DNA of 64,000 nt from Octopus sinensis (Eukaryota). Below the pieces are notes generated by a model. It searched no databases. It worked only from the letters and a program-made list of their open reading frames with translations, and had not been told where the DNA came from. This document shows positions 53,454 through 64,000 of this stretch, piece after piece. The number at the start of each line of letters is the position of its first letter. Position 1 is the first letter of the stretch. The translations under genes and the position numbers were made by a program. The stretch covers positions 47,430,001 to 47,494,000 of the forward strand of contig NC_043004.1 in NCBI RefSeq assembly GCF_006345805.1. Reading direction: 5' to 3'.

Positions 53454-54899
53454 GAACTAAGAGAGAAAGAGATGTGTGAAACGTATGCTGTGTATGGCAT
53501 ATACCCTTAATGCAAAATTGAATTGTACCGAGATTCTCTTTATTTAATTACCATTTTGGGAGGTGGCGGAACTCAGATTTTCAAGGTTACCAATATCATC
53601 AGCTAGACATTATTTTAAGTGTGATTTCATGCGTTAAATAAGTCATTTCTACTAATGTATAACTTGGCCTCCAGCAAGTTCAAAAGATATAGCATAAACA
53701 ATGTGACGTGTTGGGTAATGCAGTTATACTGATTAGAAAAGAAGGATCTTTTTTCCACTTCTTCATATATTAACTTGACAGGATGCGTTTAAGCGGAACG
53801 GCAAAACCTATTCCCATCTATGTTTCAAGCAATATATTTAACGTTTTACATTTAAAAACTGAAGAAAATTAAATGAGTCTTCGCCTGTTCACAGATTCAT
53901 GCATTAAAATAATCTATTTGCATGTTTCTCTTACTTCAGGAATTATGCAAATTTTCTGGAAAGAAATAGAAATGAAAGTCATCAACCACAGATCCACGAA
54001 TCTATATGTATATATATGCGCGTGTATGTGTGTATGTGTGTGTGTGTGTTCGACTAAGAGGTGATGATCCCGCATGGCTGCAGTCAAATGGCTAACAAAA
54101 ATAAAAGAATATATGTACATACATACTCGCACACACAATCACAGACACACTCACATGTATTTGTATGTGTGAATGTAAGTATATATACATACATATATAC
54201 ATACATACATAATTACAAATCCAATTCGGTAAGTATTTTTGCTTGTCGTTAATTTATATTTCGATTGATTGAAGTGGAAATTGAAATATAATTATATCTA
54301 AAATCTATTTTGAAATATTGCTCTATATATGTGTGCGGGGTTGAAATTTCATGTATAATTGGTGGTAAGGGATGTACACATTCCAATAGAGTAACTAAAA
54401 ATATATACAAACATTATGCAATCTGTATAAAATGGAATGACGACTGGAGCCAACAACGCATACAAGTGTACGAATGAACATAACCAAGATGGGTACATTC
54501 GTAAGGACTCGTATATATTAGCAATGGTAAATAAAGGTGCTTCAACATTTAAGTAGAAACTGGTGTAGATGCAATTATATGTAATACATACATGTGCTTT
54601 ATACGACACATTAATTTACAACAAAAACTATTTTAAATCCAACTAGAAAAAGTAAGAAATAATTTGACACGTTCGTAAGCTTCTCCCGCAAGCAGAAATA
54701 CATACGGTTTTATAGGTACTGGAATGTCTCTGCGTTTAGAAATTTTTCATACAACTACATGGTTTCGGGTTCATCTTCTTGATTGGCAACTTTTGTAACT
54801 GGCTTCTACTCTAGCCCAGTAAGTGAATTGCATGTAAAATGTGTGTGCATACTCATCATCATCATCATCAAAATCGTTATATATATAACGATCAGTCGC

Positions 54900-55040
54900 C
54901 ATTATTGACCGCTAAATCCACAAGTGTTTTATTCATTTTCTCGTATTTATTTCCTCGTGTTCCTTTCTGTTGAAGAGCGAAGGCTCGAACCGTAAAAATA
55001 CTTTCTCACCATCCCGAGCGTTATTTCTATTCTATTTTAA
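54900..55040 (+). mobile_element. PLE 3' stub with decayed minimal hammerhead relic
   Basis: CTGTTGA A GAGC GAAG GCTC GAACC GTA AAA: helix II is intact, the core is mutated. Confidence 0.45.
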
Positions 55041-55244
55041 CAAAACAGAATTCTACGTTTCTAGGTATTTGTAAGCTTCAAACAAGATTCATACATACAC
55101 GTTAACGTGTACGGGAACGTGAATCTCTGAGTAAGAGCTTTCGTTATATTTCTGCTGCTTTTAAATAAAAATATTACTCTACCACTGGTATCTCAGTACT
55201 CTTTTTTACACCTTATTTCATATTTATGTGCTTACTCCGGTATA

Positions 55245-55292
<48 letters not shown>

Positions 55293-55542
55293 CAAAAGGA
55301 AATTCTTAACATATCTATCTAAAATGTAAAACTTCGTAATTCCTATTATGAAACGAAACACCTGTAATGGTTACTAAATGATACAAAAAATATCTGTAAA
55401 TAACATTTCCAAAATTCTCAAATTTAAGACGTATCTCAACTTGAAACACCAACTAACACTGCACATTCGATTCTAATAATAATATTGGAACAAGCAGATG
55501 TGCTTGAAATAAACGGCTGGGATTTACACTTACTAATTATAA

Positions 55543-55573
<31 letters not shown>

Positions 55574-55639
55574 ATATGTATGTATGTATGCACGTATGTG
55601 TGTGTCTGTGTATATACATAGGTGGGTATATATATAGAG

Positions 55640-55781
55640 TTAATCCATACATGTAAACACAAAGGGAAAACACAAGAACGCGAGCACGTGGAACAAGTAT
55701 AGTATTATTGGACGCTCAGGTAAGAAGGAGGGTTTAACGTTTCGAGCGGAAATTCTTCGTCATCAACATAGGAAAAGGAAA
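55640..55781 (-). mobile_element. PLE 3' stub with decayed minimal hammerhead relic
   Basis: Minus strand ATGACGA AGAATTTCCGCTC GAAACGTT AAAC; T-rich tail into TA. Confidence 0.5.
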
Positions 55782-56214
55782 GACACGTTCGTATATATAT
55801 ATATATATATGAAAAATTTCTAAACGCAGAGACATTCCAGTACCTATAAAACCGTATGTTTTTCTGCTTACGGGAGAAGCTTACGAACGTGTCATATATA
55901 TATATACATACATATATACATACACACTGTCCCATGCTGGTCACACGTAAATAACACCCAGTACACTCTGTAAAGCGGATGGCATTAGGATGGACTTCCA
56001 CTCGTAGACCCACAAGCCATAAAAGACAAATGGAGCCCGGTGCAACTCTCTGTCTTACCAGCTTCTGTCAAAGCATCTAACCCATGCCAGCATGAATGCA
56101 GTCCAAAATTTGATGTTTTTAAATGACATTACATACACACATACACACATATATACATAATACTTAATGCATACATACATACTTACATACATGCATAAAA
56201 AACACATACATATA

Positions 56215-56420
56215 CTCTCTTATTTTCATTTGTTTCAGTCATTTGACTGTGGACCTGCTGGAGCACCACATTTAGTCAAACAAATCTACTCTAGAACTCA
56301 TTCTTTGTAAGACTAGTACTTATTCTATCGGGGTCTGTTGCTGAACCACTAAGATACGGGGACGTAAACAGCCCAGCGTCGGTTGTCAAGCGATGGTGGG
56401 GCAAACACAGACACACAAAA
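56215..56420 (-). mobile_element. SINE family B 3' half
   Basis: Reverse complement of the family B tail. Confidence 0.8.
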
Positions 56421-56506
56421 ATTCGAACACAAACTTCGGTATGTGGTAAAGCAAATCTTTGCTGAACCCTATTTATTATATATATATATATACACACATT
56501 CATATA

Positions 56507-56686
56507 GGCGTAGGAGTTGCAGTGTGGTAAGTAGCTTGCTAACGAACCAAATGTTTCCGAGTTCAGTCCCACTGCGGGGTACTTTGGGCTAGTGTATTCT
56601 AATATAGCCTCGGGCCGACCAAAGCCTTGTGAATGGATTTGGTAGAAAGAAACTGAAAGAAGCACGTCGTATATATGTATATATAC

Positions 56687-56717
<31 letters not shown>

Positions 56718-56722
56718 CTATA

Positions 56723-56765
<43 letters not shown>

Positions 56766-56766
56766 C

Positions 56767-56840
<74 letters not shown>

Positions 56841-56853
56841 TACAAATATATAC

Positions 56854-56924
<71 letters not shown>

Positions 56925-57150
56925 CATAATATATATATATACATATGTGCGTGTGTGTATATGTTTGTGTGTCTGCGTTTGTACCCCAACATCGCTTGAC
57001 ACCCGATGCTGTTGTGTTTATGTCCCCGTAACAGAGCGGTTCGGCAAGAGAGACTGAGAGAATAAGTACTAGGCTTACAATGAGTAAGTCCTGGTGCTCT
57101 AGCATGGCCACAGTCAAATGACTGAAACTAGTAAAAGAGTAAAAGATAGA
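56507..57150 (+). mobile_element. SINE family B with an approximately 280 bp expanded internal (TA)n
   Basis: Head 56507-56670, tail 56950-57150. Confidence 0.85.
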
Positions 57151-57175
57151 ATATATATATATATATATATATATA

Positions 57176-57473
57176 TGGAGCCGCAATGGTTAGGGCAGCG
57201 GACTCGCGGTGGCAGGATCGCGGTTTCGATTCCCAGACCGGGCGTTGTGTGTGTTTATTGTGCATAATCACCTAAAAGCTCCACGACGCTCCGGCAGGGG
57301 GGGGGTGATCCCTGCTGTACTCTTTCACCACTCTTTCTCCCACTCTTTCTTCTGTTGGCCTGCTCGCTTAGCCAGCGGGGTGGCGTCATTCGAAGGCTAA
57401 AACAATGCGAACGCATTGTGACCAGCGATGTGTAGCAACATCTGATGGTCTGGTCGGTCACGGGATCACGTGA
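57176..57473 (+). mobile_element. tRNA-derived SINE family D
   Basis: GCAATGGTTAGGGCAGCGGACTCGCGG...GGTTTCGATTCCC head; a matching partial minus copy lies at 58712-58900. Confidence 0.8.
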
Positions 57474-57489
57474 TATATATATATATATA

Positions 57490-57654
57490 TACGACGTGCA
57501 TCTTTGAGTATCCCTCTAGCAAATCAACTCACAAAGCTTTGTTCGGCTCGAGGCTATAGTAGAAGAGACTTGCCCGAGGTGCCAGGCAGTGGAACTGAAC
57601 CCAGAACCATGTGGTTGGTAAGCAAGCTGCTTACCGCACAACCACTCCTGCGCC
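57490..57654 (-). mobile_element. SINE family B 5' half
   Basis: Reverse complement of the family B head. Confidence 0.8.
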
Positions 57655-58465
57655 TACGCATATTAGAGATGCATATATACATATGCATATACATGTGTGT
57701 ACGTGTGTGTGTGAGCGTTTGTGAGGGTGTGGGTGTGAAAATGTGCAGAAAGAAACACAGAATTCTACGTTTCTAGGTATTTGTAAGCTTCAAACAAGAT
57801 TCGTACATACACGTTAATTTTTCGAATAAGAGAATATATTTATATGCAATTTAAATGACTGTAGTAGAAGGCAAAATTGACTTTATGGTGTCCATAATGA
57901 ACATGTTGAAATTTCCCTAGATATTACTCTTTGAAATCTTGTGAGTTTTTATTGCTTTAGTTTTTCATAGGATCGGTGCCAGCAAGAAAAAATTATAGCC
58001 TGTGCTGTTTTACGTTTGCATGCATGCTATATGCACGTGTATTTTTATCTAATGTTGCTTCAAGAGCCTACACTAATTGAATTCTTGCCTCGCTAGCATT
58101 CACAGACTTCAGTAAATGGCTTGTTTATGGATTTCCCTACGAGACGAATAATGTTTAGCTTGGTTCAGAAGGTTACAGGCACTCGTCATTGAGGAGGTTA
58201 AAATAGATCGAAACGCTCGGCATGTCATCAGTATTCAGAGTATGACTGAGGTTTTTATATCATTTTTGATAGGTTTCCCGACGCAAAATATTAGAGCTAC
58301 TGGCGTTCTTCATTTTTATACGCAACATGAAAGGTGCCAGTTGATCCGATCAACGGAACTACCTGCTCGTGAAATTAACGTGCAAGTGGCTGAGCACTCC
58401 ACAGACACGTAGTTCTCGGAGGAGATTCTGCGTGACACAGAATGTGACAAGGTTGGTCCTTTGAA

Positions 58466-58695
58466 ATATATGTTTCGTTATTACCCACAAGGGGCTACAC
58501 ACAGAGGGGACAAAAAAGGACGGGCAAACGAATTAAGTCGATTACATTGACCCCAGTGCGTAACTGGTACTTAATTTATCGACCCCGAAAGGATGAAAGG
58601 CAAAGTCGACCTCGGCGGAATTTGAACTCAGAACGTAGCGGCAGGCGAAATACGGCTACGCATTTTCCCCAGCGTGCTAACGTTTCTGCCAGCTC
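58466..58695 (-). mobile_element. SINE family A
   Basis: Reverse complement of 46430-46663. Confidence 0.88.
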
Positions 58696-58711
58696 AGGTA
58701 AAACAGAAACA

Positions 58712-58900
58712 GGAAGATGGAGTGAGAGAAAGTTGTGGTGAAAGAGTACAGCAGGGTTCGCCACCATCCCCTGCCGGAGCTTCGCGGAGCTTTCGGTGTT
58801 TTCGCTCAATATACACTCACAACGCCCGGTATGGGAATCGAAACCGCGATCCTACAACTGCGAGTCCGCTAGCCTAACAACTGTGCCATTGCGCTTCCAC
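58712..58900 (-). mobile_element. SINE family D, 5' part
   Basis: Reverse complement of about 57176-57350. Confidence 0.75.
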
Positions 58901-59005
58901 ATGCAACATGAATATTTTACAAATACCTTAACACAGCGCGCGCGCGAGAGAGAGGGAGAGAGAGAGAGAGAGAAAGTCTGTGTGTGTGTGCACGTGCTTG
59001 TGTTT

Positions 59006-59037
<32 letters not shown>

Positions 59038-59382
59038 GAGACAGAGATTTACATGCAGGTTGGAACACGTGCGTGAGATTCTTTAATTATGATTGACATC
59101 TCACCAATTCGTTGTGTGAATGTCAAATGATTGGCGTAAAAGCGAATAATTAAATCTACACATCTTTATGAATCAATAATAGTTTTTCATCTTGAATTAA
59201 AATAATGAATATTATATTTATCAATCAACTACACTGCCATGTTCATTCTCCCCGGGAAATAACATTCTCCACTACCTCATAATACTGTTATAATTATGAG
59301 TGAAAAATAAGAAACAAATATTATTATGAAAGTAATGAACATAAAAATCAGTAGAATGCTACACGAAAGCCTTAGTGAGTTT

Positions 59383-59764
59383 GGATCTTTTCGGTTTGAA
59401 CGGCAGTTTTTAACATAATTTCTAGGTAACTAAAAAATTTTAAACTTCGTATACTGGTAGAATGTGTTTATAAAACATCTTTTTCTCTTGGCTTTAATGA
59501 GAAAATTCTATAGTTTGTAAGATATTTGTTGTTTTTTCTTCAATTTCTACAATTTCAACCAATCAGTGACGTCTATTGGGGTAAAAACATCCTGTGCCGT
59601 ATTGGGTTTACTTACATTTGTGAAGAAAAAAAATACCTTCCCCCACCCCTAACCCTAACCCTTAAAGAGATTGAAATGCAATAGATCGATACTAGGGTCA
59701 TAATTATGGGTGACAATTTCATATGACACCGTAGAAAAAACTGCCGTTCAAACCGAAATGATCC
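59383..59764. mobile_element. MITE with 29 bp TIRs and a probable 8 bp TSD
   Basis: GGATCTTTTCGGTTTGAACGGCAGTTTTT / AAAAACTGCCGTTCAAACCGAAATGATCC (1 mismatch); flanks GTGAGTTT / GTGAGTTG. Confidence 0.9.
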
Positions 59765-61252
59765 GTGAGTTGGACAATGTGTGTTTCGGCTTTGGGTTCA
59801 AATTTCAATCTCCTTTGTGTTGCTTTTATCCTTATCGTTTCAACAAAATATAGACTGTTCATATATTAACATAAATTAATTCAATACCCGTCCTTAAATT
59901 GTATAACATCGCGACCGTTATGATAGTTGCCTTCACATACATGTAGGTTCGATTTTCCTGCTACACTTCATGCTCGTAAAATAAGAACTAATGATATATT
60001 AATGTGGATTAGATCTCTTCTAGCTACATCAAAACCGAAAATGTCTTCGGTGTATCGCGCCGAGAAATAATTTTATACACGCGTAGGTGTTTTAATAATT
60101 TTTTTCTCCTGTTGTAAAGCTGTAATATATTGCTTTTCATTAATTTTCTTGTTCTTTTATATAATGCTACATCTAGTTTTCAAGAAAGTTTAAACACATA
60201 CATAATCCAGAATGTATCTTTGGAGCTCATATATTATCATTTATTTAAAATCTAATATATGGGGATAAAATATTGAAATAACCCTAACATTAGAAAGGTA
60301 AAAATTAAGCATAGATCAAAGATGATATGAGCATTTGCCGACCAATTGTCTAGAATTTGATCGATAATAATAACAAGTTAGCTATACAAGATCTAAGAAG
60401 CAATGTAATTTCATAAATTATAAGATGATATTTAAGTTTTGGACTCCAAATAAACGCAAAACGAAAGTTTGAATTGAGAATTAAGACGTCAGGAACGGTG
60501 ATAATTAGATATATATCAAAAGTTTGATAGTTTCATACCTGTAAACTTTTTTTAGAAATCTGCTTGGGGAGACCTTAATAAATATATGAAAATGTTATAC
60601 AGATGTATATTTATTTCCACCAACATATTTCTCGACAAATTTTGTTATTATTGCACAAAATTTTATTTTATTTCCTGGAATGGAGCTCTGGATGTTAATA
60701 TATAACAAAGAGATAGATACACTGTAAATCAAGTCCAATATTTAATGCTCTGAGTTCAAATAATTCTCCAGTAAATTCTTTTGTTTTCTCTTCTCCGAGA
60801 TCGGTAAAATAAGTAGCTGCAGAATATTGTTGTCAATTAAACATCGGTTTCCATTGAAAACAATATACACCTTTCATGTTACCAATTGTAAAGGAAATAT
60901 AAATAGTTATTTATAATGAAGATTGAAAACATTAATAGAAGTTAACATGTAAAAACAGATTTATTATTCAAGCATAATATGCAAATTCATTCACAGCTAA
61001 TAGTCTTTTTTCGCAAACAATATGAATTATAGGAGTAGATTTCAAGAAAAGTATAGATATATCAGTGCAAAGGATAAGCTTAAAGCAAATAATGCAAGTT
61101 TTGAACTCAGTATATTACGTCGCGATTCTACTACATATAAAGGTGTCATCGGCGTGTCTACGGTGAACTGCTATGTGCCGTCCAGCATAGAGGAACTTGC
61201 GTTCTTGTCATCCAAGGTAAGGGTGGCAAGGATTCCACTGAGTCTCAACCCC

Positions 61253-61961
61253 ATTAGTATTAGCAAGATAGACAAATCTCAATATGATTTTTCTATACGA
61301 TTATCATTTAAAATATTTTAGAGCCTTAATTCTTGTGTGAATACAAGATCGACCCAATTCTATACGGTTATTTAACAAGTCACTATTTTTTCTATGCATT
61401 AAAATTTCAAATGTCTCCATAGAGCAGAGTTGGCAACCAACCCTGTTACTTCTATAAGGCATCGCTCTTCTAACTAATTCCCAATTAATGTCATATTTAA
61501 TATTATTATTTTTGAGTTCCCAGATCTTACTTGAAAGTGTGGTGCTATCAGCTTTATGACGTAATTTAAAAGAGGAGAGATGATTGCTAACTGGTTTTTT
61601 TAAAATTTATAGTACAATTTTAAAAAACGAGTTAGCAATCATCTCTCCTCTTTTAAATTACGTCATAAAGCTGATAGCACCACACTTTCAAGTAAGATCT
61701 GGGAACTCAAAAATAATAATACTAAATATAACCTTAATTGGGAATTAGTTAGAAGCCTTATAGAAATAACAGGGTTGGTTGCCAACTCTGCTCTATGGAG
61801 ACATTTGAAATTCTAATGCATAGAAAAAATAGTGACTTGTTAAATAACCGTATAGAATTGGGTCCATCTTGTATTCACGCAAGAATTAAGGCTCTAAATA
61901 TTTTAAATGATAATCGTATAGAAAAATCATATTGCGATTTGTCTATCTTGCTGATACTAAT
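61253..61961. repeat. Approximately 710 bp palindrome (arms 61253-61607 / 61616-61961, 8-nt spacer)
   Basis: Arms are reverse complements with a few substitutions and a 7-nt indel. Confidence 0.92.
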
Positions 61962-62149
61962 AAAACAAAACTCTAATATTTTAAATAGATAGCTGCGAGC
62001 TCTTAAACTGTGGTTATTTCTTTCTAACTGTACCTGATTTGGAACATAAAGAAATAAATTAGTTGCCAAAAAATTTTAATTGTAATAGACTTTATAGTTA
62101 ATTTAATTTAATCTAATATTAATCTAATTCAGGTAAACCAACTTAAAGC

Positions 62150-63170
62150 AAATAAGTTAATAAGACTTCGTAATTCTATTATAAATTATAAGTAAATAAT
62201 GCTACTCCCATAACAATAATGTGACGATTTTTCATTATGATAATCAATACTCTCACTTCTTTCAATTGACCTCTAAGTATAGACCCAAAGTCTGTTCTTG
62301 TATAAATAGTATTAATAAATAAAGAAATAAATTATTTGACCTCCTTCCTAGTATTGCACTTAAATCTCTTAATGTTTTTTCCTATAGTGATAACCTTTGA
62401 CCCTTCATTATTTTCCCGTGTTCTCTTTATATTCTTATATCTGCTTTTGCTCTGTCGGATTGGCAATTAACAGCTGTATACTGGTCAAGAATAACGTTCC
62501 TCTTTATAACTCTAAGATTCCTGCAAATTCTAAGCCAGACTGTCTCTCTCCACTGAAATACACTATTCTGTGTAGTTGGGTATTTACAACACCTTTTCCT
62601 CTCAGTTACCCCATAATACCGTATGTGAGTGATTTTTTCTACGCTCCACTAAATTTCCTTCAGCTAATATAATTCTAACATAGCAATTTTGAGAAATGAA
62701 CAGAAGTGTAACCAGTATCTCATCATACTTCAGGAAACTATACCCACTTTATTATGGATTAATTATGGATAGATTCATCGTCTGTGAGTATGAAATATCT
62801 CCTCTTATCTCCAGAATTCAAACCTACATTATTATGGATGGATTTACATTTTCTGTGAAACTAACAGGTTATAAGACTGTGCAACATAAGAGAACTTTGG
62901 AAGTCTGCTTATTATCTAAATCTGATTTTTATAGAACTATCCTTGATACTTCATGAGTTTAACCTCACCCCCTAAGATGTTTGGAGAACTCAGATGTATT
63001 TTGGCTGATGAGTACGGGTCACTTGTATTTGATGCAATATTTGCAGCTTTAATAAAGCTGGTCTTCGTATGAAACAATTGTACAGAAATACTAATCCATT
63101 TTTGTTGCTTTTTTCTTGTTTATGATCACCCCGCATTATCTTATGGTTAATATCATATATATTTCTGGTG
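62150..63170 (+). mobile_element. Old PLE-derived element with 3' hammerhead (relative of 17425-18612)
   Basis: Alignable 3' module; ISRIQTY..MDG resembles the I.RL.T..P.GLN end of PLE ORFs. Confidence 0.55.
62996..63091 (+). ncRNA. Type I hammerhead motif, branched helix II, palindromic AATT loop III
   Basis: Helix I GTATTTTGG/CAGAAATAC (one mismatch); CTGATGA 63005-63011; GTACGGG/CTTCGTAT; GAAA 63071-63074; C-AATT-G; GTA ending 63082. Confidence 0.78.
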
Positions 63171-63251
63171 CATCTAAGTTAAGTACCGCATTCATGTGAA
63201 TTCAACAGAACTCACTTGAATCTTAATTGCTTTTACTGAATATATATATAT

Positions 63252-63654
63252 GCTGTGTGGTAAGTAGCTTGCTAACCAACCACATGGTACCGGGTTCAGT
63301 CCCACTGCGTGGCATCTTGGGCAAGTGTCTTCTGCTATAGCCCCGGGCCGACCAATGCCTTATGAGTGGATTTGGTAGACAGAAACTGGAAGAAGCCTGT
63401 CGTATATATGTATATATATATGCATGTGTGTTTGTTTGTGTGTCTGTGTTTGTCCCCCTAGCATTGCTTGACAACCGATGCTGGTGTGTTTATGTCCCCG
63501 TTACTTAGCGGTTCGGCAAAAGAGACCGATAGAATAAGTACTGGGCTTACAAAAAGGATAAGTTCCGGGGTCGAGTTGCTCGATTAAAGGCGGTGCTCCA
63601 GCATGGCCGCAGTCAAATGACTGAAACAAGTAAAAGAGAAAAGAGAAAAAGAGA
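63252..63654 (+). mobile_element. SINE family B
   Basis: High similarity to 31414-31834. Confidence 0.9.
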
Positions 63655-64000
63655 ATATATATATATATATACACGTACTGAGGTGTTCACTTTGCATTGG
63701 TCCTGCATGTAATCACGTAATCACATGATAGTAGATATCATTCTGAGATTGTTAAGACAAAATCGCATTCATAACCAACTCTGTACAAATTAATCCGATA
63801 ACCTTCTAGCAACCATGGACCGAATCCTGAACAGAAAATAAAATAAAACACTCATACAACTTTGCACTTTTACACTCTACAAATAATCATTAAATTATAT
63901 GAAAGTATACTATCTCCTATTAAGACCCTTGCTAACAGAATTTCACAAACCTACATATAGACGCACATAAAATAAATTTCTACTTTTTTCTTATCTTTGT

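Noticed and set aside
57176-57240. tRNA-like heads of SINE families A-D
   Set aside because: They lack a complete cloverleaf and continue into SINE bodies, so they are not tRNA genes.
58185-58232. TTGAGGA GGT..ATC GAAAC GCTC resembling a minimal hammerhead
   Set aside because: The NUH G is missing and helix I does not pair; at best a relic.

Overview
This is AT-rich, microsatellite-dense animal genomic DNA with no host protein-coding exon that I can support. The SINE families and repeat content suggest octopus or another coleoid cephalopod; that is inference, not a database match. Nearly all of the supplied ORFs are microsatellite artefacts. Recognisable elements are: a near full-length but decayed Penelope-like element (PLE; RT plus GIY-YIG, 22933-27439); many PLE 3' remnants inside or beside (TA)n tracts; a near-complete DD34D mariner; a DD36E Tc1-type element; three R4/Dong-type LINE pieces stacked in one (TAA)n tract; CR1 and L1/Tx1 fragments; a Helitron; a Helentron-type HINE; MITEs; several tRNA-derived SINE families; and an 18S rDNA orphon. 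Two things stand out. First, there are seven type I hammerhead ribozyme motifs in four architectures, all in PLE-type 3' modules. They include an ultra-minimal U3-A8 variant, a form with a branched helix II whose palindromic helix-III loop differs between copies, and one canonical-looking intact motif at 51763-51826 on the minus strand. Most sit in a recurring fold-back (5'-inverted) insertion architecture. Second, a 4.9 kb near-perfect palindrome (12280-17153) turns around inside the truncated TIR of a small Tc1-like element. All RNA structures were derived by eye and none has been tested.
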